64,000 nt of DNA from an uncultured Desulfosarcina sp. (GTDB lineage: Bacteria; Desulfobacterota; Desulfobacteria; Desulfobacterales; Desulfosarcinaceae). Shown here piece by piece: positions 20,395 to 31,056 of this stretch (the stretch's first letter is position 1; each line of letters opens with the position of its first letter). The stretch is from contig CAXXWQ010000001.1 of assembly GCA_963674945.2 (NCBI GenBank), positions 128,001 through 192,000 of the forward strand, in the 5' to 3' direction. Under the pieces are notes generated by a model. It did no database searches. It was not told where the DNA came from and was given only the letters and a program-made list of their open reading frames with translations. The position numbers were made by a program, and so were the translations under genes.

Positions 20395-20470
20395 TGGCTC
20401 CCCAGCACGGACTCGAACCGCGGACCCAGTGGTTAACAGCCACTTGCTCTGCCGACTGAGCTACTGGGGA
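20395..20470 (-). tRNA. tRNA-Asn (GTT)
   Basis: TCCCCAGTAGCTCAGTCGGCAGAGC-AAGTGGCTGTTAACCAC-TGGGTCCGCGGTTCGAGTCCGTGCTGGGGAGCCA; 76 nt, CCA encoded. Confidence 0.97.
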
Positions 20471-20717
20471 TTAGGTGCTCTTCCGACTTTACATCGCGCC
20501 CGAAGAAGCGTCATAAATATTAAAATGGGTTTTGAAAGTCAAGATTTTTTTATTCCAAAGCGCCTGCTTAGCAAAGGATACGAAGGTGGGCAATCCCGTG
20601 TCGGCACGTCAATCCATTCCATGAGATTGACCGGGTTCGTAAGTTCCTCTACAGTGGGACTGCGAAGCGGATCGTCGATGCGACCATCCACCATGTGATA
20701 AGGTGCAAGGAGGAAAC

Positions 20718-21632
20718 ATGGGCCGGGAACTGCCCAAATCAGTAACGCTGGTGGAGGTGGGGCCGCGGGACGGTTTCCAGTTCGAGGAGACCATCGTTCC
20801 CACCGACCGCAAAGTCGCCGTCATCCAAGGATTGGTGGCGGCGGGACTGAAGCAGATACAGGTGGCCTCCTTCGTCCATCCGGCCAAGGTTCCCCAGATG
20901 GCCGATGCCGACTCGCTGGTACGCCGGCTTCCTAAATACGATGACGTCGTGTACACGGCATTGGTGCTCAACCGGCAGGGGCTCGCGCGGGCCATGGCAT
21001 CGGGAATCGGGGCCGTGGAGATCTCCCTTTCCGCCAGCGACACCCACAGCCGGAAAAATGCCGGCATGTCCCATCCGGATGCACTCGCTCATTCCCTGGG
21101 GATGATCGACGAGGCGATCTCGGCGCGAATGATCGTTCGCGCCAGCCTCCAGTGCGCCTTCGGCTGCGTGTATGACGGTCCGACCGCTCTGTCCCGGGTC
21201 GAATCGGTGGTCCGCGAATTTGCGGACCATGGTGCCCACGTCCTGGCCCTGGCTGACACCACTGGCATGGGATCTCCCAATCAAATCAAGCGGGTACTGG
21301 ATACGGTCCTCCCCTCTACCGGACACCTGCCCATGGCCCTTCACCTTCATGACACCCGCGGTCTGGGGCTGGTGAACCTGATGGCGGCATTGACCCGGGG
21401 CATTTTCCTGTTCGACACGGCTCTTGCCGGCATGGGCGGCTGTCCCTTCGTGGCCGGTGCCGCCGGTAACATCGCCACCGAGGACACCGCCCATCTTCTG
21501 GAGACCCTGGGGATCGAAACCGGCGTGGACTATGACCGCGTAGGTCAAATTGCCCGGGAGATGGAAGCCTTTTTTCAGAAAACCTTTCCCGGCCGCATGC
21601 ATTGCCTGAAAACATTTTTCCCCCCGAAATAG
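20718..21632 (+). CDS. Hydroxymethylglutaryl-CoA lyase family protein
   Basis: EVGPRDGFQ, LADTTG, LHLHDTRG, GMGGCPF..GAAGNIATED. Confidence 0.9.
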   Translation: MGRELPKSVTLVEVGPRDGFQFEETIVPTDRKVAVIQGLVAAGLKQIQVASFVHPAKVPQMADADSLVRRLPKYDDVVYTALVLNRQGLARAMASGIGAVEISLSASDTHSRKNAGMSHPDALAHSLGMIDEAISARMIVRASLQCAFGCVYDGPTALSRVESVVREFADHGAHVLALADTTGMGSPNQIKRVLDTVLPSTGHLPMALHLHDTRGLGLVNLMAALTRGIFLFDTALAGMGGCPFVAGAAGNIATEDTAHLLETLGIETGVDYDRVGQIAREMEAFFQKTFPGRMHCLKTFFPPK

Positions 21633-21916
21633 CATCCCTTGCGCCGAATCTGATTCAATCCGGTTGTATTTCCGGTAGTTGGTCTTTTTTATCGGGTTTT
21701 CTTTAGTTTGGATGCGGTTTGCCGATATTTGTTTTAAGCCTTGGGGGGGTGTTTAAAAGGGGCGTTACCGGCTGTCGCGCTACTTTTGCAAAGTTCCCTC
21801 TTTTTTTAAACCCAATCACGAACACTTCCCCGGCATTTATGGAACAGGTCCGAAACACCTTCGACGGCGACGGCTGAAGCGGGCCAAATGCAAAGAAAAG
21901 ATCCATCAGAACGATT

Positions 21917-23485
21917 ATGACAGAAACGCCCAAAGAAACCCTTTTGTTTGTGGATGACGAAGAGAGCATTCTGGAGGTGGCCTCGGAATATTTCGAAGCC
22001 AAGGGATACGATATCCTTACCGCCCAAAATGGTCGTGAGGCCACCGAAATCCTCGCCGCGTCCAAGATCGACTGCTGTTTCACGGATATCAACATGCCGG
22101 AGATGGACGGCCTCGAACTGGCCGAACATATCCGTCAGGTGGACAACACCATTCCAGTCATTATCATGACCGGTTATCCTTCCCTGGATAACACCATCCG
22201 CACCCTGAAAAACGGGGTGGTGGATTTCTTGATCAAGCCGGTGAACCTGAACCAATTGGAGATTTGCGTCAAGCGCGTACTCAGAGAACGGCAGCTGTTC
22301 GTCAACAACCTCTTTTTGACCAAGGAAGTGGAGGGAAAGGAGCGGATCGAAGAACTTAATCGGGAACTGACGTACAAGGTAGAGGAACTCAACACCCTCA
22401 ACCGTATCATGACCGATTTTACCACCATCGGCTCCAGCTTCGATTTGTTTCGACGGGTCGTTGATCTATCCACCGAATTGACCCGCGCCGACGAGGCGAG
22501 TTTCTACGTCATCAACGAAACCTATCAGCATCCGGTTCAGGTGGCCCAGTCCGTGGCAAGGGGGGACAGCTCTCCGTTGATTACCTTTCCCGTTTGCGCT
22601 CCTTCCGGCGACGGGTCCACCAACGGTGATGATCTCAGCCAGCTGATCATGGAATACTGCGAGGAGGAAAATCCGCTGCTAATCCATGAAAACAGCAACG
22701 TGAGCGGTCTGCCCGAGGATATCCGCTCTTTGATGCTGGTTCCCTTGAACATTCGCAAGAAGGTGTTTGGGGTCCTGGCGGTGGCGGTGCGAAAAGGGTC
22801 GATTCGCTTTACGGAAAAGGACTTGTACTACATGTCCTTCATGACCAACAAGGCCGCCTACGCCATCGAAAATATCGCACTGTACGAAAATATTTATGAA
22901 AACCTGTTTGCCACGCTGTACGCTTTTGTCCGGGCCATCGAAGCCCGGGACCCGTATACCAAACAGCACTCCAACCGGGTGACCCGCATCGCCATCGAAC
23001 TGTGCCGGGCAATGGGCGGCACCCAGGAGGATTTGGATATCCTGGACGTGGCCGGCCAACTCCACGATATCGGAAAGATCGGTATACGGGACGACATTTT
23101 GCTCAAGCCCGATCGGCTGACCAAAGAAGAGTTCGACATCATCAAAGAGCATCCGGTGATCGGCGCCGATATCGTCGAACGATTGGGGCTGTGGGACAAG
23201 CAAAAGTACATCATCAAATATCATCATGAACGATTCGACGGCAAAGGATATCCCGAAGGGCTGGCCGGTGAACAGATTCCCATACTGGCCCGGATACTAA
23301 CCGTTGCCGACGTGTATGATGCCATCGCCTCCGATCGCGCCTACCGCAAACGCATGGAAGAGGAGAAGATTCTGGAAATCATGTATGGCGGGTCCGGCAC
23401 CCAGTTCGATCCTCAGGTCATTCAAACCTTCAAGATGCTTTACGAAAGAGGCGATCTGAAGGACATTGTCGATCCACCCAACTAA
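21917..23485 (+). CDS. Response regulator: REC-GAF-HD-GYP cyclic di-GMP phosphodiesterase
   Basis: FVDDE/TDINMP/KP receiver; GAF-like middle; HDIGK, HHERFDGKGYP. Confidence 0.9.
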   Translation: MTETPKETLLFVDDEESILEVASEYFEAKGYDILTAQNGREATEILAASKIDCCFTDINMPEMDGLELAEHIRQVDNTIPVIIMTGYPSLDNTIRTLKNGVVDFLIKPVNLNQLEICVKRVLRERQLFVNNLFLTKEVEGKERIEELNRELTYKVEELNTLNRIMTDFTTIGSSFDLFRRVVDLSTELTRADEASFYVINETYQHPVQVAQSVARGDSSPLITFPVCAPSGDGSTNGDDLSQLIMEYCEEENPLLIHENSNVSGLPEDIRSLMLVPLNIRKKVFGVLAVAVRKGSIRFTEKDLYYMSFMTNKAAYAIENIALYENIYENLFATLYAFVRAIEARDPYTKQHSNRVTRIAIELCRAMGGTQEDLDILDVAGQLHDIGKIGIRDDILLKPDRLTKEEFDIIKEHPVIGADIVERLGLWDKQKYIIKYHHERFDGKGYPEGLAGEQIPILARILTVADVYDAIASDRAYRKRMEEEKILEIMYGGSGTQFDPQVIQTFKMLYERGDLKDIVDPPN

Positions 23486-23819
23486 GACACAAAAATATCC
23501 CACCATCTGCTTGCATCCTACCTTCGGGCTTTCAGGGGAACGACGTCCGGGACCCACTGGTCGTTCGGGACCAGTAAGGGACGAAGAGAGACGCTTTTGA
23601 CTCGTCCTTCGTATTTCATCCATCGTTTTTCAACTTCGCCTCCGAAGATTACGATTGTATCCCAACCAGAGGACAAAGAGGCTTGAATCCGTTCATCCTT
23701 CCAGAGCGTCAGCCCGGGACTTTATCATTTTTACGCAATGATGTATGAGACGGGCATCGTGAATCGTTTGCCTGTCCGCCTCCATTTCTGCGTTTTTTGC
23801 GGACGGCAAAAGGAGGGAT

Positions 23820-24362
23820 ATGCCGAGCTGGTCACAGCCCAGGGATGCAAAAGGATGGATCGTTCGCAAGGCGAGCTTTCGAGGAGCGGTTTTGATTCTG
23901 GCCGTCTTCACCGTCGGGATTCTCGAGTTTCGCTTCAGTTGGCTGGAGTATCTGGCCGGAAGGTATCTCATCGCAACCAATGTCCATCGGCCGGAGTCGG
24001 GCAACGTCTGGGACAGGGGGCGGATGCAGAAGGTGGCGACCCAAACCCTGGAGCAGATGGTAACCCACAAGATCGCCGTCCAGCGGGAGGCGCAGGAGGC
24101 AACCACCTTGCCCCAGTTGATCGCCGGCCTTTCCGACTCCCAGGGAACCATCATCTCCGCCGTGCAATTCAAGCGTCTCTATGCCAAAATCCCCCAAGCC
24201 GTTGCCGAGACCGTTTTCAGTCCCATTTTCATGCTGCGCATCAGCGCAGAAGGAAGCTGGGACCGTGTCTATCTGGAGCGGGAGGCGGAGCAGGTGGGCA
24301 TTTATCTGTTGGACCGCACAAACAACGTCCTTGGCCATACCACCGTTGGAGAACGGAAACTT
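23820..24362 (+). pseudogene. 5' part of an IS-interrupted membrane-anchored hypothetical gene
   Basis: Removing the IS plus one AACTT copy restores the frame (..ERKL|TTSDLEH..) and a 307-aa ORF ending at 27204. Confidence 0.85.
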
Positions 24363-26818
24363 CAGAACACTGCATCTCCGGGAAAACTATGTGACACCTC
24401 CGGCATGATTTGAGGTGCTGCAGCCATTTAGTTCGAATATCATTTGCAGCTCGGTACCGGGGTATTTTACCTGCGCACTGTTCAGATGCGCAAACAGTTG
24501 GCAAAGAGCCCGATTGGCCGCTGGGAACGAAGCGCCGTGCAATCGTATATTCAATTGCTGATTTTCAATATCGGGCAGTACATCGCCTTCGGTCTGGAAC
24601 AGTGTCTGGAGAAGACTCCGTGCATCCGACGAGTTTACCGTCGGACCCGTGAGCAACCCAACCATTGCCGTCTCTGCACGATATGCAATCATACGAACCG
24701 TGTCCATCAGGCGTTTTCTGCCCGGTTGTAAACGTAAAAATTTATCTTTTGCTTCAAGTTCTCCCCACGTGATGTGTTTACTTGTCTGTTTTCGTTTTTC
24801 TTTCAACTCGCTGAGTTGATACTCCATCTTTTCGATTTCTTCTAACAGCTCGGCCTTTTTCTCTATCCACTTCTTAAACTTTACCGGTTTGTCTTCATTT
24901 TCAGGGTGAATGGTCATCTCGGCAAAACAGGCACGACGATATCGTAGCTTGTTCTGCAACGAATTACGGGATTGATTCAATTGCCGCCAAACGGGGTTGA
25001 TTACCCGTTCGGTATCAGGAAATTCAACGACACCATAATCTAAAAGCACATCGATATCAAAATGTTGCATCATATAGTTGAAAAAGTTTTCCTGACACCA
25101 CCGGCTGAACATGCGTGCTGCCAATTGAGTATGCGGCAAATCGAAAGCGGTGCTGATTACGCTGGTCTGGTGTCCGGAATCGGTCAGTTTTCGCACTTGT
25201 CGCATCCATGTTGCACCCTTACCAGATCCCACCAAACTACCCATTTCGCAAAGCCGCATCTTCACCACCTCTTTGTTTGGCATCGCAACTTCATACTCGG
25301 TGAACCAATGCTCCGGCCATGATTCACCAGGATGCTTATGATACGTCATGCAGCCGATTCGATGGCGATCCCACATTTCCTTGAAGAATGTGGGACTATA
25401 TCCTTCCCTGTCGAAAACAAGAACGAACCGGCATAAACATGGGTTCTCTTGTAGTTGCTGCAAACCGGGTTGATTCGGAACGTCTTGCAACAACCGGGGA
25501 ACGATATCGTCTCTTAAAACCGCCAATAATCCAGGATCGATCTGCTTTTCGACGACAAAAAAAGGTCGGCCAATCGCATCGTTAACCCAATAGTCGGTAA
25601 TGCCCCTCATGCACAATCGTTCCCGGGACACGTAGCGGCGCGGTAGTCGGGTCAATTTTCCATGATAAACACGTACATGCCCGTCAACATAAAGCGCGCC
25701 AACCGATTCGGGCGCCTGTTCCATCCAGTATTTACCGAGGTATGCGGCCCACTTTTCCGCGCCGTGGTCTGCGCTCAACGCATCCATCTTGTAACGCAAA
25801 CAGCGAACCTCCGGTGCACGATCCAAGCCCAATAACTTACCAAATTCTCCCGGAGCATGGCCTCGTATTTTTTCTGTCGTCTTGATCCTGCATAAGGCCA
25901 TAAACGAAAGCAGCAACAAGACATGAAAGATCGTGTAATAGCCTTTGACTTGGCCGAGGAACTGTTTTGCGCCGGTAAACAACCCGTTTGCCACCAATGA
26001 CGGTATCGCACAAAGAACGCCTGCTTTGGGAACGTCCAGGCATCTGTCAAAACGAACCGGCGCACCAACCATTTTGCCCAATGATGCCAATATGCGTTCC
26101 CCGACTCGGTTGCAAGCCGTCCCCATACCATCGGCAGCAGCCATGTCGACCATGTCCCGATCTGATTTGGTTAGACACGGTTCACCAATCCTTGATTCGA
26201 TTAACCGACCATCATCTATAGCTTTGCGAAACGTATCGTATTTAATGCCAAGTTCCAGGGCGGCATCTTTTTTCGAGCACCCTTGATCCAGTAAACGTTG
26301 GGCTTGTTCAAGCACCTCAGGTTTGAAAACCTTGCCGCCGCGTCGTCCCCGCCGCTGAACGAAAAATGCCTCGGCGCCGCCGGACCTGAGTTTGTTCACG
26401 AATCGGATGACATTGCTCTTGGATACGCCGAATGTGTTTTGGATATCGATCTGGCGGCAAGCTCCGGATTCAACCAGTTGGGCTGTTATCATCCGAAACA
26501 TTCGTTGATCGCCTTGTCTGTGAGAATAAATCGGAACGGTCGATAGAAAATAGGTCCAGGTCGTATCGTCACGAAATACACTGACAAGCCCGTTGATTTG
26601 TCTTGCACCGCGAGGAATAAGTGGTAGTATCTGTTGAGGCATGGCATCCTTTTCCTTTCATTTATCCGCCAAGATAATAAGGTTAAAGGTGCCATGTTCA
26701 TTTTCCGGTTGCAATACCTTACCGGCCTGCTGGATTCAGACTCCTATCTTTCTGTTTTTCAACCACTTACATTATGTTTTGCTTGCCATATGCAACAATT
26801 AGGAAATCAAGTTTCCTG
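24363..26818 (-). mobile_element. Unclassified insertion sequence, 2456 bp, CAG...CTG ends, 5-bp TSD
   Basis: AACTT at 24358-24362 and 26819-26823; imperfect IRs cagaacactgcatctcc / caggaaacttgatttcc. Confidence 0.88.
24387..26642 (-). CDS. Large putative DDE transposase (751 aa)
   Basis: N-terminal HTH regions; LYVDGH, VFDREG and RWCQENFF as a candidate D-D-E triad; fills the element. Confidence 0.85.
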   Translation of the reverse strand: MPQQILPLIPRGARQINGLVSVFRDDTTWTYFLSTVPIYSHRQGDQRMFRMITAQLVESGACRQIDIQNTFGVSKSNVIRFVNKLRSGGAEAFFVQRRGRRGGKVFKPEVLEQAQRLLDQGCSKKDAALELGIKYDTFRKAIDDGRLIESRIGEPCLTKSDRDMVDMAAADGMGTACNRVGERILASLGKMVGAPVRFDRCLDVPKAGVLCAIPSLVANGLFTGAKQFLGQVKGYYTIFHVLLLLSFMALCRIKTTEKIRGHAPGEFGKLLGLDRAPEVRCLRYKMDALSADHGAEKWAAYLGKYWMEQAPESVGALYVDGHVRVYHGKLTRLPRRYVSRERLCMRGITDYWVNDAIGRPFFVVEKQIDPGLLAVLRDDIVPRLLQDVPNQPGLQQLQENPCLCRFVLVFDREGYSPTFFKEMWDRHRIGCMTYHKHPGESWPEHWFTEYEVAMPNKEVVKMRLCEMGSLVGSGKGATWMRQVRKLTDSGHQTSVISTAFDLPHTQLAARMFSRWCQENFFNYMMQHFDIDVLLDYGVVEFPDTERVINPVWRQLNQSRNSLQNKLRYRRACFAEMTIHPENEDKPVKFKKWIEKKAELLEEIEKMEYQLSELKEKRKQTSKHITWGELEAKDKFLRLQPGRKRLMDTVRMIAYRAETAMVGLLTGPTVNSSDARSLLQTLFQTEGDVLPDIENQQLNIRLHGASFPAANRALCQLFAHLNSAQVKYPGTELQMIFELNGCSTSNHAGGVT

Positions 26819-26823
26819 AACTT

Positions 26824-27204
26824 ACCACCTCGGATCTCGAACATCCCATCGGGGCACAGACCCTGGACGATCTGCCTGAGTTTACGGGCAGAACGTATCT
26901 TGCAGATCGATTTTTCATGGTTTTGGACACTCTTCCCGAGGAGACCCAACGGGGGATACTGGCCCAACCCGAAAATCTGCTGGTCGTCGATGGCACACCC
27001 GTGCGCATCGGAATCGGCGATGAAGTACAATCCGGACTGATCCGCATCGGCGTTGAGATGGACACCCCCGGCGGCATCCGGATCTTCTCCACGATGGGGC
27101 AGGAGTGGGCCGTCTGGCAGATCCGTACGTTGCTGGAGCCCAGGCTGAACGCGCCACCGTCGACGAAAAATCCTTGGAAAACCAGCGGGGGAGGGGATCC
27201 ATGA
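26824..27204 (+). pseudogene. 3' part of the IS-interrupted hypothetical gene
   Basis: In frame with 23820-24362; stop overlaps the PBP1A start (ATGA). Confidence 0.85.
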
Positions 27205-29189
27205 CCATGGGCCTCCGCATTCTGCGGGCCGCTGCGGGATTTTTCTATCTCGTCATCGCTCTGGCAGGCTTCGGGGCAATTGGTCTTTTTTGCCTGTTTC
27301 TCGTGGCCGCCAAGGATCTGCCACGGGTCCCCGAACCCATCGCTCGTATCAACGACATGCCGGTTACCGAGATCTTCAGTGCCGATGGCCACCGCATCCT
27401 GACCATTGGCGGAAGGGAAACGGTTTCCATAGAGGATGTATCCCCTGTTTTTATCGAGGCGATCCTGGCCACCGAGGATCACCGGTTCTGGGAGCATCGG
27501 GGACTGAACAAACTTCGAACGGTCAAGGCCCTCTGGATCACCTTGTTCGAGCCGGGAAAGGTGCAGGGCGCGTCGACGATTACCCAACAGCTGGCGAAAA
27601 ATCTTTTCTTCGATTTCGAGCGTACATACATTCGAAAATTCCGGGAAATGTTGATCTCCTTTCAAATGGAGGCCCAGTTTTCCAAGCAAGAGATCCTGGA
27701 GACTTACATCAACCAGATCTTTTTCGGCGTCGGCGCTTACGGCGTCGGCGAGGCGGCGCGTACGTTTTTCGGGAAATCCGCCGGCGAACTGACGCTGTCC
27801 GAAGCCACTCTATTGGCCGGCCTTCCCAAGTCGCCCACGCGGTTGAATCCGTTTCGTTATCCGGAACAGGCCAGAAAACGGCAGAAGGTGGTGCTGCAGC
27901 GTATGGTGGCCACCGGTGTCATCGGTCCCGAGGCGGCTGCCGACGCGGCTGCCGCGCCGATCCATCTTCGGGATCGGGGGCGTTCGCTGCGGGTGGATTC
28001 CTATTTTCTCGATGCGGTCATGAAGCGGCTGGAAGAGACCTATGGACCGGAGGTCGTCTACCATGGGGGGCTGCGGGTCTATACCACCCTCGACGTCCAC
28101 ATGCAAAAACATGCCGAGGCGGCCCTGCAGGAGGGGCTGGCCCAATTGGACCGCCAGATGGACGCGGGCAAAACCTCCGATTCGTCATTGGCAGAGGATG
28201 ACAATGGCCTGCAAGGCGCCCTGGTGGCCATCGAGGTCCAGACCGGGGCGGTCAAGGCACTGGTGGGGGGGCGGGACTACTTTCAGACCCCCTACAACCG
28301 TGCACTTCAGAACAACCGCCAGCCGGGATCGGGTTTTAAGCCGTTTCTCTACTATGGTGCCATGGAACTTCTGGGCAAGTCGCCGGCGGACGTGATGGAG
28401 GATAAGCCGGTGGCCATCGCCGTGCCCGGAAAACCAAAGTGGAGACCCAGAAATTTCGAGCGAACCCACAAGGGTCCCATGGTCCTGAAAAGGGCTTTTA
28501 CCGAATCCGTGAACACCGTTGCGGCCCAGTTGGTGGAAATGGTCGGGCCTGAAGCGGTGATCGATACGGCCCGGCGCTGCGGGATCACAAGCCCACTGGC
28601 GCCGGTATACTCCGTGGCCCTGGGTACCTTCGGCACCAGCCCCCTGGAGATGGCCAGCGCATACGCCACATTCGCCGCCGGCGGTATCCACCATCGTCCC
28701 TACTGGATCCACCGGGTGGAGGACAAGAGTGGTCGGATATTAGAAGAGCACATCATCGGGGGCGAGCGGGTACTGGACGCGTCGACCACCTATCAACTGG
28801 TGGATATGATGGCCGGTGTCATCGACGAAGGTACGGGAAGGGTCATCCGGGAAAAGGGATTCTCCCATCCGGCGGCTGGAAAGACCGGTACCACCAACGA
28901 TTACAAGGACGCCTGGTTTACCGGTTTTACGCCGAATTTGAGCGCTTCGGTATGGGTTGGCTTCGATCGGGAGCAGGGGATGCGAGACCAAAACGGCGTC
29001 GGTATCACAGGCGGTCGCGGTGCGGCACCCGTCTGGGCAAACTTTATGGACGCGGCAACCCAGGGCGAGCCGCCCCGGGATTTCTCCGCGCCGGACGACA
29101 TCTATTTTCAGAAGGTGAACCCGGAAACCGGAAAATGGCCCGGTTTTTTTTCGAAGGATATCATTTCCGTGGCGCTGAAAAGGAGATAA
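27201..29189 (+). CDS. Class A penicillin-binding protein (PBP1A family)
   Basis: EDHRFWEH, GASTITQQLAKN, SGFK (SxxK), SVN, KTGT. Confidence 0.93.
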   Translation: MTMGLRILRAAAGFFYLVIALAGFGAIGLFCLFLVAAKDLPRVPEPIARINDMPVTEIFSADGHRILTIGGRETVSIEDVSPVFIEAILATEDHRFWEHRGLNKLRTVKALWITLFEPGKVQGASTITQQLAKNLFFDFERTYIRKFREMLISFQMEAQFSKQEILETYINQIFFGVGAYGVGEAARTFFGKSAGELTLSEATLLAGLPKSPTRLNPFRYPEQARKRQKVVLQRMVATGVIGPEAAADAAAAPIHLRDRGRSLRVDSYFLDAVMKRLEETYGPEVVYHGGLRVYTTLDVHMQKHAEAALQEGLAQLDRQMDAGKTSDSSLAEDDNGLQGALVAIEVQTGAVKALVGGRDYFQTPYNRALQNNRQPGSGFKPFLYYGAMELLGKSPADVMEDKPVAIAVPGKPKWRPRNFERTHKGPMVLKRAFTESVNTVAAQLVEMVGPEAVIDTARRCGITSPLAPVYSVALGTFGTSPLEMASAYATFAAGGIHHRPYWIHRVEDKSGRILEEHIIGGERVLDASTTYQLVDMMAGVIDEGTGRVIREKGFSHPAAGKTGTTNDYKDAWFTGFTPNLSASVWVGFDREQGMRDQNGVGITGGRGAAPVWANFMDAATQGEPPRDFSAPDDIYFQKVNPETGKWPGFFSKDIISVALKRR

Positions 29190-30653
29190 GTGGTCCTATT
29201 CTTCAAGCACGTGGCCGTCCGGTTGTGGACGTCGCTTTTCTTTGGCAGCATTTGCACCCTTGTGGTACTGCCGCCTTTCGCAAGTCTGGTGGGGCCCGAA
29301 TGGATGATTGTTCCCGGTTTGACACTGTTCGTTTTCGCCTACTGGGTCACCGGGCTCGTGTTTCTTGCCATTGGACGCCGACAGGTTTCCCGGCTGCTGG
29401 AGGAGGCCACCATCTGGGAGCGGGCGGCCATGAACCGGGAGGCCCGCAAGGCCTTGGACCGTTCGGCGGCCACGGTGGACAGTTTTCTCTTTTCGCCACG
29501 CTCCCGCAAGGCTTCGGAGAGGCGGCTTTTGGCCCAGGCGGCACGGTTCCATATGGCAGACGCCGATTCTATGACCAACTTCGACGGGATCGTTCATGAT
29601 TACCTGGAGGGTAACCCGACGGATCGCGATGCCGCAGTCAAATGGCTGGAGCGAGTTTTGTCCCACGGACCCGCAGATCACCGAACCCATGATCTAACCG
29701 CCAAGATCGGAGCCGCCCATTTTGATGACCCCACCGTGATGAAGATGCTGTGCCGTTTCTACCTGTCCGAAAGAAGGTGTGATTTCACGGCACTTCAGGC
29801 ATACGGACATCTGATGGATGGCCACCCGTCCGCGGCCGGTTCCTTAGTGGATGACCTTGCCGATCTCTTTCTTTCCCATTCGCGCGTGGACCGACAGGCT
29901 CTTTCGGTATATCTGCACGTCCATGAAAAGGGCGGACGTCATGCCAGGCTCTTATCGGGGATCGCCGCCTGCAGCCGGAACATCGTGCCGGGACCCATGA
30001 CCCGTCCCCTTTTGGCACGGGCGGAAACGGTGTTCGTTGACATGGACCGCTCTCATCGCCTTGAACTGGCGGAGAATTTTCTGCCCGACGAACCAAAAGC
30101 GGCGGTGCTACCTTCACCAGGGCGGATACGGTCCCGTCGACCGGCATTGGGACCGGTTCTCCTTGCGATGGCAAGCAATACCAAAAAAAATCTTGCCAGG
30201 TGGGCCGTAAGAATCCCGGATACGTGCCGGGGTATCCGGAGTGGGCTGTGGTCCGAAAATAGCCGGCTGCTTTTCAAATGGACCGCCATGGGCGCGGCCG
30301 TCATCGGTGTGTGCTGGTTATTGTTCAATACACTCTCTCATCTGCGGCCCCCTGCTCCTCCGCCGGAACCATCACCAAACCCCGTGATGGTTCCCATAAC
30401 CGATCCGTTTACCATCCAGGTAGCGGCATTTCGGGATTCCGCGGAGGCAAAGCGCCATGTGGACCGGCTGAAGGCCCATGGCATCGACGCCTATTGGAAA
30501 CAGGCCACCGGAACCCAAAAGACCTGGTATCAGGTGCGCATATCTCATTTCCCTTCCAAGGAAGCCGCCCGGGCCGCCGGAGACGAAATGAAACAAAAAG
30601 GGCTCATCGCCGACTATTATGTGGCGAACTATAAACCGCCGGATCTGCCATGA
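29190..30653 (+). CDS. Membrane protein with C-terminal SPOR domain
   Basis: TM helices; FTIQVAAF...WYQVRISHF. Confidence 0.8.
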   Translation: MVLFFKHVAVRLWTSLFFGSICTLVVLPPFASLVGPEWMIVPGLTLFVFAYWVTGLVFLAIGRRQVSRLLEEATIWERAAMNREARKALDRSAATVDSFLFSPRSRKASERRLLAQAARFHMADADSMTNFDGIVHDYLEGNPTDRDAAVKWLERVLSHGPADHRTHDLTAKIGAAHFDDPTVMKMLCRFYLSERRCDFTALQAYGHLMDGHPSAAGSLVDDLADLFLSHSRVDRQALSVYLHVHEKGGRHARLLSGIAACSRNIVPGPMTRPLLARAETVFVDMDRSHRLELAENFLPDEPKAAVLPSPGRIRSRRPALGPVLLAMASNTKKNLARWAVRIPDTCRGIRSGLWSENSRLLFKWTAMGAAVIGVCWLLFNTLSHLRPPAPPPEPSPNPVMVPITDPFTIQVAAFRDSAEAKRHVDRLKAHGIDAYWKQATGTQKTWYQVRISHFPSKEAARAAGDEMKQKGLIADYYVANYKPPDLP

Positions 30654-30718
30654 CCCCAAAAATGGGTTGTATCAGTAAGGAAAAGTGTTTACAGTAAAAT
30701 TTCTTATTTACCCCAATC

Positions 30719-30782
30719 TTCAAAGGAACTCGTTCATTCAAAACCATTCATAACATATTTTTATAATAAGCTTTTTACGAGC
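30719..30782 (+). repeat. Degenerate repeat, direct copy of 32790-32846
   Basis: caaaggaactcgttcattcaaaacc...ataagcttttt vs cgaaggaattcgttcatcaatacc...aaaagctttt. Confidence 0.6.
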
Positions 30783-30820
30783 AAGAACGGGTTTCACCAG
30801 TTCAAACGGAGGCGTCGATC

Positions 30821-31009
30821 ATGGAAAAACAAGATGTCATCAGGATCGCCGAGGGCCTGCGCCTGATCGAAGAGGGCGTGGAGAAAATACAAGGCGTGAT
30901 GAGGGAGAAAAATATCAAATCCATCAAGGAGATCGCCGCCGATCTAATCCCTTTCTTCAAGAAGGACGATGACTCGTTGACCGATTCCGTCATCAGCCAT
31001 TTGGAATAA
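30821..31009 (+). CDS. Small hypothetical protein upstream of hgcA (62 aa)
   Basis: GGAGG RBS; helical, coding-like composition. Confidence 0.65.
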   Translation: MEKQDVIRIAEGLRLIEEGVEKIQGVMREKNIKSIKEIAADLIPFFKKDDDSLTDSVISHLE

Positions 31010-31056
31010 TGCCGGATATTGCAGCGCCATAGCCACAGTTTCGGCCAGGATCGGAA

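Noticed and set aside
23520..23615. Hairpins downstream of the HD-GYP gene as a possible ncRNA
   Set aside because: Only two isolated stem-loops (actggtc/gaccagt; ggacga/tcgtcc) with no family signature; may be terminator-like
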